64,000 nucleotides of DNA from positions 12,340-76,339 of the forward strand of contig JAJDAQ010000069.1 in the NCBI GenBank assembly GCA_029261815.1. Direction: 5' to 3'. The notes below the pieces were generated by a model. That model saw only the letters and a program-made list of their open reading frames with translations. It was not told where the DNA came from and did not search any database. Positions 28,115-37,593 of this stretch are shown piece after piece; positions within the stretch are counted from its first letter, which is position 1; each line of letters starts with the position of its first letter. The DNA comes from Deltaproteobacteria bacterium (GTDB lineage Bacteria; Myxococcota_A; UBA9160; UBA6930). The translations under genes and the position numbers were made by a program.

Positions 28115-29635
28115 ATGCCGCGTGTCCTGGGAGGCGCCCTTCACGGGGTCGATGGCGTCGCCATCGAAGTGGAGGTCCGGCTGTCGTCGCAGTTGCCAAG
28201 GGTCGACATCGTCGGGCTGCCCGAAGCCGGCGTGCGCGAGAGCACCGCGCGCGTTCGCTCAGCCATCACGGCCGTGGGCCACTCGTTTCCCGACCGTCGC
28301 GTGACGATCAACCTGGCCCCCGCGGGGATCCGAAAGTCCGGCGTAGGCCTCGATCTCCCGATTGCGATCGGCGTGCTGGCCGCTGGCGGCGCTTTCGAGG
28401 CCGAGTCCCTGGAAGGCCTGGGCCTGGTGGGCGAACTCGCCCTGGATGGGCGCTTGAGACCCGTGCGCGGCGCGCTACCGCTCGTCCTGGCTCTCCACGC
28501 AGCCGGCTGCACCCGGATCATCGTCCCGGTGGAAAACGCCGCCGAGGCGGGGCTCGCGACCGGCGCCCCGATCTTCCTCGCTGGCGACCTCGCCGAGGTC
28601 CTGGGCGCCCTCATCGCTGGGCATTCGCTGCCGGCGGCGGCGCCCGCACCGCACGATGATGTGCCACGACCGAACGACGCGGACCTTTCCCACGTTCATG
28701 GCCAGGCGGGGCCGAAGCGCGCGCTCGAGATCGCGGCGGCTGGCGGACACGGCCTGCTGTTGCGGGGCGCACCCGGCGCTGGCAAGACGATGCTCGCGCG
28801 CCTGCTTCCGACGCTCCTCCCACCGCTGACCGCGATCGAAGCGCGCGAGAGCACACGGATCTGGAGTGCCGCCGGAATGCTGGCGGGCGACACGCCCGTG
28901 GTTCGCGCGCGGCCCTTCCGGGCGCCGCACCATGCCGCGACGCGCGCGGGCTTGTTAGGCGGAGGAACCCCGCCGCGACCCGGCGAAGTCTCGCTCGCCC
29001 ACAATGGTGTCCTGTTCCTCGACGAGCTGCCCGAATTCGATCGCGGCGCACTCGAGTCGTTGCGCCAGATCCTGGAGGATGGGGAGATCGTGCTCGCACG
29101 TGCCACAGCGCGGTTCTCCTTCCCTGCGCGCTTCCAGTGGGTCGCCGCCGCGAACCCATGCAAGTGCGGATACTTCCGGTCTGTGGTGCGTGACTGCGCC
29201 TGCGACGACGGCCAGGTCGCCGCCTACAACGCGAAGCTGTCGGGCCCGCTGCTCGACCGGATCGACATGCATGTCGCGGTACAACCTGTGCCCTGGAAGC
29301 AGCTGGATGGCGTGGCTGCGGCGACGGCGGAATCGAGCGCGACCGTCCGCGCGCGCGTCCTTGCGGCGCGGGCCGTACAGGCCGAGCGCCTGGCCGCGGT
29401 TGGCGAAGGGCCGCTCACCAATGCGCGGATCCGCGCACGCGACGTCATCGCGCTGACCCGTCCTTCGGCGGAGGCCCGGAAACTCCTGGGCGACGCCGTC
29501 GATCGGTTCGGGCTTTCGGTCCGCGCCGCCCACCGCCTGCTGCGCGTCGCGCGCACGATTGCGGACCTGGAGAACGCCTCCGAAGTCGGCCCCCGACCGA
29601 TGGCCGAGGCGCTGGGAATGCGGCAGGACTGCTGA
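28115..29635 (+). CDS. comM: YifB/ComM family Mg-chelatase-like AAA+ ATPase
   Basis: N-terminal Lon-protease-like domain (GVDGVAIEVEVRLS...LPRVDIVGLPE). Walker A GAPGAGKTMLA. GVLFLDELPEF Walker B. Confidence 0.92.
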   Translation: MPRVLGGALHGVDGVAIEVEVRLSSQLPRVDIVGLPEAGVRESTARVRSAITAVGHSFPDRRVTINLAPAGIRKSGVGLDLPIAIGVLAAGGAFEAESLEGLGLVGELALDGRLRPVRGALPLVLALHAAGCTRIIVPVENAAEAGLATGAPIFLAGDLAEVLGALIAGHSLPAAAPAPHDDVPRPNDADLSHVHGQAGPKRALEIAAAGGHGLLLRGAPGAGKTMLARLLPTLLPPLTAIEARESTRIWSAAGMLAGDTPVVRARPFRAPHHAATRAGLLGGGTPPRPGEVSLAHNGVLFLDELPEFDRGALESLRQILEDGEIVLARATARFSFPARFQWVAAANPCKCGYFRSVVRDCACDDGQVAAYNAKLSGPLLDRIDMHVAVQPVPWKQLDGVAAATAESSATVRARVLAARAVQAERLAAVGEGPLTNARIRARDVIALTRPSAEARKLLGDAVDRFGLSVRAAHRLLRVARTIADLENASEVGPRPMAEALGMRQDC

Positions 29636-29806
29636 CCGGGTCCCCTTGGGGGTGAACTTCTTCGCGGGTCGAGGGGTCCGAGAAGTGTCGGTTTTCGGCC
29701 CAGTGGCCGTGAATCGTCGCTTCCACGGGAAGCATGCCACCTGGGGTGGCACTTGAAACTCTTTTGTTTTCAACAGCTTGAAGAGATACCTCGGCCTCGG
29801 GGCGGG

Positions 29807-29823
29807 CTGGCACGGACGATGCA
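29807..29823 (+). promoter_or_regulatory. candidate sigma-54 (-24/-12) promoter
   Basis: CTGGCACGGACGATGCA differs from the consensus YTGGCACGrNNNTTGCW at one position, with correct GG-N10-GC spacing. It lies about 59 nt upstream of the 29882 start codon. Confidence 0.45.
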
Positions 29824-29881
29824 GTTCCAGACCCCAGGGCCCAAGCGCCCGATTGATCACCCGATGGAGGGGGGATTCCTC

Positions 29882-30082
29882 ATGGCCCAGACTGCAACCA
29901 CCGCGCTGTACGAACTGCCCTACGAAGAGGCCGTGCAGACGACGCTCCTCGAACTGGTCGAGACCGTCGGCGAGCTGACGGACGACGACCGCGAGGTCGT
30001 CGCGACCGTGATCCAACTGCTGCGCTCCGGTCGCGTGCGACTCACCGGCAATTTCCGCGGGCAGAAACTCGCCGAGGCGTAG
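29882..30082 (+). CDS. small acidic hypothetical protein (66 aa) immediately upstream of top6B
   Basis: ATG 29882 lies 7 nt after GGAGGGGGG. MAQTATTALYELPYEEAVQTTLLELVETVGELTDDDREVVATVIQLLRSGRVRLTGNFRGQKLAEA. GC3-biased codons. Confidence 0.55.
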   Translation: MAQTATTALYELPYEEAVQTTLLELVETVGELTDDDREVVATVIQLLRSGRVRLTGNFRGQKLAEA

Positions 30083-30106
30083 CGCCTCTGCCCTCAACTG
30101 AGGATC

Positions 30107-30126
30107 ATCCCCCACGACTGGGGGAT
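30107..30126 (+). promoter_or_regulatory. hairpin occluding the top6B Shine-Dalgarno
   Basis: ATCCCCCA-CGAC-TGGGGGAT: an 8-bp perfect stem with a 4-nt loop. The 3' arm (GGGGGA) is the only SD-like sequence and ends 4 nt before ATG 30131. Confidence 0.5.
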
Positions 30127-30130
30127 TGAG

Positions 30131-31966
30131 ATGAGCAAGCAGGGGAGCTTCACCTTCGAGGGCGAAGCCGGAGGCCAGGCGATGTCGGCCGCACCCGCCA
30201 AGGGCGGTGGCGCGGCGCGTGGCAAGAGCCGTGGCAGCGCGAAGAAAGCGCCGGCCAAGAAGACGACGACGACGGCGGCGAAGTCGGCGCACAAAGCTGC
30301 GAAGTCGGCGCACGAAGCTGCGAAGTCGGCGCGCAAAGCCGCGAAGTCCACACGCAAAGCGCCGAAGAGCGGCGCCGCGACTCGCAAGCCGAAGGAACGC
30401 ACCCGCTCCGATGCCACCCAGATGGCGACGAAGCAGCGGGACATTTCGGTCTCCGAGTTCTTCGCGAAGAACCGTCACCTCCTCGGGTTCGACAATCCGG
30501 CCAAGGCCCTCCTCACGACGGTGAAGGAAGGCGTCGACAACTCGCTCGACGCCTGTGAAGAAGCCGGCATCCTGCCCGACATTCGCGTCGAGATCCATCA
30601 GCAGGACGAGACGCGCTTCCGTGTCGTGATCGAAGACAACGGCCCCGGCATCGTGAAGGCCCAGGTGCCGAAGATCTTCGGTCGGCTGCTGTACGGCTCG
30701 AAATTCCACCGGTTGCGGCAGAGCCGGGGACAGCAGGGCATCGGGATCAGCGCAGCCGGCATGTATGGCCTGCTGACCACGGGCAAGCCGGTGAAGATCA
30801 TCACGCGAATCGGCAAGAAGAAGCCGGCGCAGCTATTCGAACTGGTGATCGATACCAAGACGAACGAGCCCAAGGTCACGCGCGAAGAGGTGGTCGACGA
30901 CTGGGCTCCGGAACACGGAACCCGCGTCGAGATCGAGATGGAGGGCGGTTACCGCGGCGGCCAGCACTCGGTCGATGCCTACGTACGGCAGATCTCGCTC
31001 GCGAATCCGCACGCGCGACTCGTCTACCTGCCTCCGAACCCGACCAAGACGAACGGCGCGATCGAATTCCCGCGCGTCACCGACGAACTCCCGCCGGAGA
31101 CCGCCGAGATCAAGCCGCACCCCTATGGCGTGGAGCTGGGCGTCCTGATGCAGATGTTCCGCGACACCCGCGCACGAAACGTCAAAGGCTGCTTGCAGTC
31201 CGACTTCGTACGCGTGTCCGCCGCCGTGGCCGAAGACATCTGCAAACGCGCCGGCGTCAAGCCCGGAAAGAAGGGTCCCGACGTTAGTCGGGACGAAGCC
31301 GAGAGCATCCACAAGGCGATCCTCAACACGAAGCTGATGGCACCGCCGACAGACTGCATCGCTCCCATTGGCGAGGATCTCCTGCTCGCGGCCCTGAAGG
31401 CCGAGGTAAGAGCCGACTTCTATGCGTCGGTGACACGTCGGCCCACCGTGTATCGCGGCAACCCGTTCATGATCGAAGCTGCGATCGCCTACGGGGGAGA
31501 TCTCTCGGGCGACGACTCAGCCCTCGTCTACCGCTTCGCCAACCGCGTGCCGCTGCAATACCAGCAGGGCGCGTGTGCGGTCACGAAGGCAGTCACGGGG
31601 ACGGACTGGAAGTCGTACCAGATGATGCAACCCCGTGGCGCCTTGCCTGTGGGCCCGATGATCATCATGGTGCACATCGCTTCGGTGTGGGTGCCCTTCA
31701 CTTCCGAGAGCAAGGAAGCGGTTGCCCACTATCCGGAGATCATCAAGGAGATGCGGCTCGCTCTACAGGAATGTGGACGTCGCGTCGCGACCCACATCCG
31801 AAAGCAGAAGCGCGAAGCCGACGAGGCCAAGAAGCGCGCCTACATCGAGAAGTACATCCCCCAGGTCGCCGTTGGCCTGCAGGAGATCCTGGGCTTCTCG
31901 GAGAAAGAACGCGACAAGGTCGTCACGAACCTCACCGAGGTTCTGGAAAAGAGCAGGAAGCTGTAA
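30131..31966 (+). CDS. top6B: DNA topoisomerase VI subunit B with about 97-aa Lys/Ala-rich N-terminal extension
   Basis: GHKL Bergerat-fold motifs: N-box [14 protein letters not shown]1 [10 protein letters not shown]2 [15 protein letters not shown]. The canonical N-terminus [18 protein letters not shown] begins around residue 105. An alternative start ATG 30422 would remove the tail. Confidence 0.93.
   Translation: MSKQGSFTFEGEAGGQAMSAAPAKGGGAARGKSRGSAKKAPAKKTTTTAAKSAHKAAKSAHEAAKSARKAAKSTRKAPKSGAATRKPKERTRSDATQMATKQRDISVSEFFAKNRHLLGFDNPAKALLTTVKEGVDNSLDACEEAGILPDIRVEIHQQDETRFRVVIEDNGPGIVKAQVPKIFGRLLYGSKFHRLRQSRGQQGIGISAAGMYGLLTTGKPVKIITRIGKKKPAQLFELVIDTKTNEPKVTREEVVDDWAPEHGTRVEIEMEGGYRGGQHSVDAYVRQISLANPHARLVYLPPNPTKTNGAIEFPRVTDELPPETAEIKPHPYGVELGVLMQMFRDTRARNVKGCLQSDFVRVSAAVAEDICKRAGVKPGKKGPDVSRDEAESIHKAILNTKLMAPPTDCIAPIGEDLLLAALKAEVRADFYASVTRRPTVYRGNPFMIEAAIAYGGDLSGDDSALVYRFANRVPLQYQQGACAVTKAVTGTDWKSYQMMQPRGALPVGPMIIMVHIASVWVPFTSESKEAVAHYPEIIKEMRLALQECGRRVATHIRKQKREADEAKKRAYIEKYIPQVAVGLQEILGFSEKERDKVVTNLTEVLEKSRKL
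30278..30361 (+). repeat. 21-bp tandem repeat x4 inside the top6B 5' region (heptad AKSAHKA / AKSAHEA / AKSARKA / AKSTRKA)
   Basis: gcgaagtcggcgcacaaagct / gcgaagtcggcgcacgaagct / gcgaagtcggcgcgcaaagcc / gcgaagtccacacgcaaagcg, read directly from the sequence. Confidence 0.9.
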
Positions 31967-33225
31967 TGCCGGCACGCAAGAAGACGACGAAGGCGGCGCC
32001 CCGCAAAGCGGCCAAGAAGACGTCGAAGAAGACCGCGCGCAAGAAGACGACTTCAGCGCGAAAGCGCGCAACCAACGACGCCGAAGCCGAAAGGCGCGCG
32101 GGCGAAGTCGCCAAGAACAACGAGCGAATGAACGCTGTCACGGTCAAGGCGATCGAAAAAGCCGCGACCGGGGTGCACACGCGAATTCTCAAGAAGGGGA
32201 AGCCCGACCTCTCGTTCCCGATCCGCTCGCTCAAGAACGTGAGTTATTCGGACAAGCGTGGCTACTTCGAGATCGGAAAACAGAAGAAGACGCGAACCCT
32301 GACGGTCAACACCGTGAAGAACTTCGCACAAACGCTGCGGATGATGGGACTTTCGAAGGAGCTGGTGGAGAGCAACGACTTCGCCACCAAGCGAGACGCC
32401 TACTACCAGAGCAAGAATTGGGACGATGCGCGCTTCAGCGAACAGAGCGAGAGCGACGCTGTCATGGACGATATCGAAGCCATGTTCTCGGTCGACAGCG
32501 TGTCTCGCGAGCAGCTCCGCTTCATTCCGGACGAGGCCTCGAACGGCTCGGTGGCCGGCGAGCTGACGGTGCTCGACCCCGACCGCGACACCGGCGAGAT
32601 CATCCGCATCGACTGCACCGGCTTCGGCTCGGGCGCGTACGCGATCCCGTCCTCCGTCGAACAGCTCTCGTTCGAAACCGACGCTTCCTTCATCCTGTGC
32701 GTCGAAACAGGCGGCATCTTCCAGCGACTCCAGAGCCACAAGTTCTGGCAGAGTTCGAACTGCATCCTGATCTCGATGGGCGGCGTGCCTTCCCGCGCGT
32801 GCCGGCGCTTCGTTCGAAAGCTGTCGGATGAGGCCAAGATTCCGGTCTACGCCTTCGTCGATTGCGACCCCTACGGCATCTCGAACATCTACCGAACGCT
32901 CAAGGTCGGCTCGGGCAACGCGGCGCACCTTTCAAGATTCTTCTGTGTGCCCCAGGCGCAGTACCTGGGTGTCACGCCACAGGACATCGTGGACTATGAA
33001 CTGCCGACTCATCCATTGCAGGATGTCGACATCAAGCGTGCCAAGGATGCCCTGAAGAACGACCCGTTCTTCCGGGCACACAAGCCCTGGCAGAAGGCCC
33101 TGAATGATCTCTTGAAGATGGGCGTGCGTGCCGAACAGCAGGCACTGGCGAAGTGGGGCCTCAACTACGTGATCGAGGAATACCTGCCCGCCAAACTCGA
33201 CAACCCGGCCCAGTTCCTCCCGTAG
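31966..33225 (+). CDS. top6A: DNA topoisomerase VI subunit A (Spo11 family) with about 35-aa basic N-terminal tail
   Basis: The start ATG overlaps the top6B stop (TAATG). Catalytic-Tyr region ATKRDAYYQ. Toprim Glu [13 protein letters not shown]. Dx[14 protein letters not shown]. Tail [35 protein letters not shown]. Confidence 0.93.
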   Translation: MPARKKTTKAAPRKAAKKTSKKTARKKTTSARKRATNDAEAERRAGEVAKNNERMNAVTVKAIEKAATGVHTRILKKGKPDLSFPIRSLKNVSYSDKRGYFEIGKQKKTRTLTVNTVKNFAQTLRMMGLSKELVESNDFATKRDAYYQSKNWDDARFSEQSESDAVMDDIEAMFSVDSVSREQLRFIPDEASNGSVAGELTVLDPDRDTGEIIRIDCTGFGSGAYAIPSSVEQLSFETDASFILCVETGGIFQRLQSHKFWQSSNCILISMGGVPSRACRRFVRKLSDEAKIPVYAFVDCDPYGISNIYRTLKVGSGNAAHLSRFFCVPQAQYLGVTPQDIVDYELPTHPLQDVDIKRAKDALKNDPFFRAHKPWQKALNDLLKMGVRAEQQALAKWGLNYVIEEYLPAKLDNPAQFLP

Positions 33226-33244
33226 GGCCATCAGCGGAGTTCGC

Positions 33245-34117
33245 ATGAAAGGCATCGTCCTCGCCGGAGGATCGGGCACTCGTCTCTATCCGATCACCAA
33301 GGGCGTCTCCAAACAGCTGCTGCCGGTCTACGACAAGCCGATGGTCTACTACCCGTTGTCGGTGCTGATGCTCGCTGGCATCCGCGACGTGCTCCTCATC
33401 TCGACGCCCCACGACCTTCCGGGCTTCCAGCAGCTACTCGGCGATGGCGCCCACGTTGGCCTCTCGATCCAGTATGCGGCGCAGGCCGAGCCGAACGGTA
33501 TCGCCGAAGCGTTCCGGATCGGGCGAGACTTCATCGGGAACGACTCGGTCGCACTCGCCCTCGGCGACAACATCTTCTACGGACATGGCCTACCGGAGCA
33601 ACTTCGCGGCGCTGCTGCGCGCGGCACTGGCGGGACGGTGTTCGGCTACTGGGTGCGCGACCCCGAACGGTACGGTGTGGTCGAGTTCGATGACGAAGGT
33701 CGCGTGCTCTCGATCGAGGAAAAACCGGAGCGGCCGCGTTCATCGTGGGCCGTGACCGGGCTCTACTTCTACGACTCCGATGTCGTGTCGATCGCAGACA
33801 GCCTGAAGCCGTCGCCGCGCGGCGAACTCGAGATCACGGACGTGAACCTCGCGTACCTGGAACGCGGCGACTTGCACGTCGAGCGCCTCGGCCGAGGCTT
33901 CGCCTGGCTGGACACCGGCACCCACGAATCGCTTCAGCAGGCCGGCGGTTTCATCCAGGCGGTTCAGGAGCGACAGGGATTGATGGTCTCGTGCATCGAG
34001 GAGATTGCCTGGCGCATGGGCTACATCGACGACGCTGGACTCCAGGCGCTCGCCACTGAAATGTCGAAGAACGACTACGGCGCGTACCTGCAGCGCCTCC
34101 TGAAGGATGGACGTTAG
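33245..34117 (+). CDS. rfbA: glucose-1-phosphate thymidylyltransferase
   Basis: [39 protein letters not shown] is near-canonical RmlA. Confidence 0.96.
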   Translation: MKGIVLAGGSGTRLYPITKGVSKQLLPVYDKPMVYYPLSVLMLAGIRDVLLISTPHDLPGFQQLLGDGAHVGLSIQYAAQAEPNGIAEAFRIGRDFIGNDSVALALGDNIFYGHGLPEQLRGAAARGTGGTVFGYWVRDPERYGVVEFDDEGRVLSIEEKPERPRSSWAVTGLYFYDSDVVSIADSLKPSPRGELEITDVNLAYLERGDLHVERLGRGFAWLDTGTHESLQQAGGFIQAVQERQGLMVSCIEEIAWRMGYIDDAGLQALATEMSKNDYGAYLQRLLKDGR

Positions 34118-34119
34118 GC

Positions 34120-34674
34120 GTGGAGTTCGTCCGCCAGTCGATCGCCGATGTCATCCTGGTCAAACCCGACGTCCATGGGGACGCTCGCGGTTATTTCCTC
34201 GAGACCTGGCACGCCGAGAAGTACGCCGAAGGCGGCGTCGACGCCGCCTTCGTCCAGGACAACCACTCCCGCTCCCAGCACGGCATCCTGCGAGGGCTCC
34301 ATGCCCAGCTTGAACCCCTCCAGGGGAAACTCGTTCGCTGCATTTCCGGCGAAATCTGGGATGTCGCCGTCGACGCACGACCCGGCTCTCCAACCTACGG
34401 CCAGTACGTGGGCGCGACCCTGACCGGCGAGAACCATCACCAGCTCTGGGTGCCGGGCGGATTCCTACACGGCTTCGTCGTGCTCTCCGATGTGGCCGAC
34501 GTCGCCTACAAGTGCACATCGCTCTATCGACCAGAGGGCGAGATCGCCGTGGCCTGGAACGACCCCGCGCTGGCCGTGCCGTGGCCAATCGCGGACCCCC
34601 AGGTGTCTGCTCGCGACCAGGAGGCGCCGCCGCTCGCGGCCTTCGAGGACCAGCTCCGCGCTCGCCTTGGCTAG
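34120..34674 (+). CDS. rfbC: dTDP-4-dehydrorhamnose 3,5-epimerase
   Basis: HGDARGYFLETW, QDNHSRSQHGILRGLH and FLHGF are RmlC cupin motifs. Confidence 0.94.
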   Translation: MEFVRQSIADVILVKPDVHGDARGYFLETWHAEKYAEGGVDAAFVQDNHSRSQHGILRGLHAQLEPLQGKLVRCISGEIWDVAVDARPGSPTYGQYVGATLTGENHHQLWVPGGFLHGFVVLSDVADVAYKCTSLYRPEGEIAVAWNDPALAVPWPIADPQVSARDQEAPPLAAFEDQLRARLG

Positions 34675-34769
34675 CTCGGCGGCATGGAAAAGCGACGCAT
34701 CGGCCAGACCGAAATCAATCGAATCGTTGCCAGCTGGACCGTTGGCACGATGACCGCTGTCGCTCCGCG

Positions 34770-36065
34770 CTAGAGGTGGTCGCGGACCACGTTTCCGTCC
34801 TTGACCACCATCCGAACACCGGTCCGCAACGCGTTCAAGTCCGTCGTCGGGTCGCCTGCGATCAATGCGAGATCGGCGAGCTTGCCCTCCACCACGGTTC
34901 CGAGGGTGTCCCCCATCTTCATCGCCTGGGCACCGTTGCGCGTAGCCCACTGGAGGATCTCGTCGATGGGGACGCCCTGGCCCGCATAGACTTCCATTTC
35001 CGAGACGTAGTCACCGTGCGGCATCATCGGGAAACCGTAGTCGTCGCCTAGCACGAGTCGCACACCGGCTTCGCGCATCTTCGGAAGCATCGTCTGGGTG
35101 TACTCGTAGTCTTCGCGAACCGCGGCCAACCGCGCGAGCGTCTGATCCAGCGTTTCGGGGATGCCTTCACTGATCGGAAACGGTGCCTGCGAGTGATCCC
35201 AGCTGTCGGCAAACTGCAGGAAGCGCTCGGACCACAGCATGCTCGGCACGACGGTCGCGTCAGCCGCCAGGACCGCCTCGATCCCCTCCTCGTCGATGCG
35301 GTCGGCGTGGTCGATGATGTCGACGCCAGCACGCGCACATTCGATGACACCAATACGCGAAGGACAGTGCGCGCGGACCAGTGCCCCGCGTTCGTGCGCG
35401 GTCGAGACGACCGCGTCCAGCTCATCCGCGGTCAGGTAGTTGACGTCCCACGCCGCCGCAGAGCCGTGGCCGCGCGCGACGGAGATCTTTACAACGTTAC
35501 AGCCACGTCCGACTTCCTCGCGGGTGGCATGACGAAACGCATCCGCGCCCGTCATCGATCGCACCAGCCCTTTGTTGCCGAGCTGCATGAACCACGACCG
35601 GTTGTCACCGTCGGCCTGCTCGCCCGTCGTCATGAACTCACTGGTGCATGCAAGCACGCGCGGGCCGTCCACAACCCCAAGCGTGATCGCCTCCTTCAGC
35701 GCGAGATCGAGTCCGCCGGGATTGCTCGAGCCAATGATGCTCGTCACGCCACAGTCGAGGGCGATGCGGGCATTCGAGGCGGCGATGATGCCCATGAACG
35801 GGGCCGACGCTTCCAGCCCCAGGCTCGGCGCGATCCCACCCGACGGTGTCGGCCCGAAGCCGGTGTGGAAGTGCGACTGCACCATTCCCGGCATCAGCGT
35901 CATGCCGGTGCAGTCGATCACACGATCGCCATCGCCCGCGGCCGGCGCCGCCTCGTGGACCGCGGCGATGCGGTTGCCCTCGACCACGACCGCGACGTCC
36001 TCGCGCACCGGACCTTCACCATCGAACAATCGAGCATGGGTGAAGACAAGACGCGATTCGGCCAT
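34770..36065 (-). CDS. amidohydrolase family protein (metal-dependent hydrolase)
   Basis: Start ATG 36065 (GAGGA upstream). GMVQSHFHTG (HxH), C-terminal ADLALIAGDP and VRMVVKDGNVV. Confidence 0.85.
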   Translation of the reverse strand: MAESRLVFTHARLFDGEGPVREDVAVVVEGNRIAAVHEAAPAAGDGDRVIDCTGMTLMPGMVQSHFHTGFGPTPSGGIAPSLGLEASAPFMGIIAASNARIALDCGVTSIIGSSNPGGLDLALKEAITLGVVDGPRVLACTSEFMTTGEQADGDNRSWFMQLGNKGLVRSMTGADAFRHATREEVGRGCNVVKISVARGHGSAAAWDVNYLTADELDAVVSTAHERGALVRAHCPSRIGVIECARAGVDIIDHADRIDEEGIEAVLAADATVVPSMLWSERFLQFADSWDHSQAPFPISEGIPETLDQTLARLAAVREDYEYTQTMLPKMREAGVRLVLGDDYGFPMMPHGDYVSEMEVYAGQGVPIDEILQWATRNGAQAMKMGDTLGTVVEGKLADLALIAGDPTTDLNALRTGVRMVVKDGNVVRDHL

Positions 36066-36147
36066 CGGAATTCCTCGGCGCACGCCGCGGAGCACCCGGG
36101 CGAGCGCGGTATTCTAGGCCAGTCCCCGCGTGGTTGGAGCCCATTGG

Positions 36148-37593
36148 ATGACACAGCAACTGGTCCTGGATGAACGCGACGCCCCCGCCTGGACGGAGGA
36201 GACCGACGTCATCGTCGTCGGGCTCGGGTGCGCGGGCGCCGCGACAGCGCTCGAAGCCAGTGCAGCCGGTGCCGAGACCCTCGTCCTCGAGCGCGCGAGC
36301 GGCGGCGGCGGGACATCGGCCCTGTCCGGCGGAGTGCTGTACCTCGGCGGCGGCACGGCGGTGCAGCAGGGTGCGGGCTTCGAAGACAGCGCGGAAGCGA
36401 TGTTCCAGTACCTGATGGCCGCCTGCGGTCCGGCACCCGACGAGGCCAAGGCGGCGGCCTATTCGGAGGAGAGCGTCGCGCACTTCGACTGGTTCGTGGC
36501 GCAAGGGCTCGACTTCAGTCCCGTCTTCTACCCCCACTACAGCGGAGAGCCTCCGACCGACGACGGCCTGGTCTTCTCCGGGAGTGAAGGGGCCTGGCCC
36601 TACGTCGAAATCGCGAAGCCAGCGCCGCGCGGGCACTGCCCCAAGATTCCGGGCGCCGCGGGTGGCCTCTTGATGCAGAAGCTATGCGCCGCGGTCGCCA
36701 CCAGCCCAGCGCGCGTGGTCACCGACGCGCGCTGCGACGCCCTCATTCGCGCCTCGGACGGAACGATCCAGGGTCTGGTGGCCCGGGTCGACGGGGCAAC
36801 GCGGTCGATCAGGGCGCGCGGCGGAGTCGTCTTGACGACCGGAGGGTTCATCCACAACGACACGATGCTCGACCTGCACGCGCCCGAACTCCGCCGCTGC
36901 AACATCCGGGTCGGTGCCGAAGGGGACGATGGCAGCGGGATCCAGATGGGAAATGCCGCCGGTGCAGCCACGCTGAACATGGGCATGGGCTCGATCTCGC
37001 TACCGATCCACCCGCCGAAAAGCGTTTCGCGCGGAGTGCTCGTCAACGGCCAGGGGCAACGCTTCGTCAACGAAGACCGCTACATGGGCCTCCTGGGAGA
37101 GCAGGTCCTCTATCACCAGGACGGTACGGCTTTCTTGTTATTCGACGACGCCAACTTCGAGCGTCCCGCGATGCCGCGGGATCTTCTGGCGGTCGGCGAG
37201 ACCTGGGACGAAGTCGGTCAAGAACTCGGCCTTCCGCCGGGAGCCCTCGAAGCCACGATGCGGCTCTACAACGACGCCGCGAAGCACGAACAGGATCCGG
37301 CATTCCACAAGCGGCCACCCTACGTCGTACCGCTCGACCAACCGCCGTTCGGTGCGCTGGACTGCCGCGTGGAGTCGAGCCCATTCGCCGCTTTCACGCT
37401 CGGGGGGCTGCACACCAACGAATGGGGCGAAGTGCTGACGCCGGCGGGCGAGCCGCTTCCCGGCCTGTACGGTGCCGGACGCGCAACTTCAGGGCTCGCG
37501 GCGCCGGGCTATTCGAGCGGTCTCTCGCTCGGGGACGGCAGCTTCTTCGGGAGACGCGCCGGCCGGCGCGCGGCGGAGCAGCGCCGCAGCTAG
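36148..37593 (+). CDS. FAD-binding oxidoreductase (KstD / fumarate-reductase flavoprotein-like)
   Basis: Dinucleotide-binding DVIVVGLGCAGAATALEASAAGAETLVLE and GGTSALSGG. C-terminal GLYGAGRATSG. Start at 36130 or 36148. Confidence 0.85.
   Translation: MTQQLVLDERDAPAWTEETDVIVVGLGCAGAATALEASAAGAETLVLERASGGGGTSALSGGVLYLGGGTAVQQGAGFEDSAEAMFQYLMAACGPAPDEAKAAAYSEESVAHFDWFVAQGLDFSPVFYPHYSGEPPTDDGLVFSGSEGAWPYVEIAKPAPRGHCPKIPGAAGGLLMQKLCAAVATSPARVVTDARCDALIRASDGTIQGLVARVDGATRSIRARGGVVLTTGGFIHNDTMLDLHAPELRRCNIRVGAEGDDGSGIQMGNAAGAATLNMGMGSISLPIHPPKSVSRGVLVNGQGQRFVNEDRYMGLLGEQVLYHQDGTAFLLFDDANFERPAMPRDLLAVGETWDEVGQELGLPPGALEATMRLYNDAAKHEQDPAFHKRPPYVVPLDQPPFGALDCRVESSPFAAFTLGGLHTNEWGEVLTPAGEPLPGLYGAGRATSGLAAPGYSSGLSLGDGSFFGRRAGRRAAEQRRS

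Noticed and set aside
29747-29762. Second TGGCAC motif (GGTGGCACTTGAAACT) upstream of the Topo VI operon as a sigma-54 -24 element.
   Set aside because: No GC/TTGC -12 element at the required N5 spacing. Only the 29807..29823 site fits the bipartite consensus.
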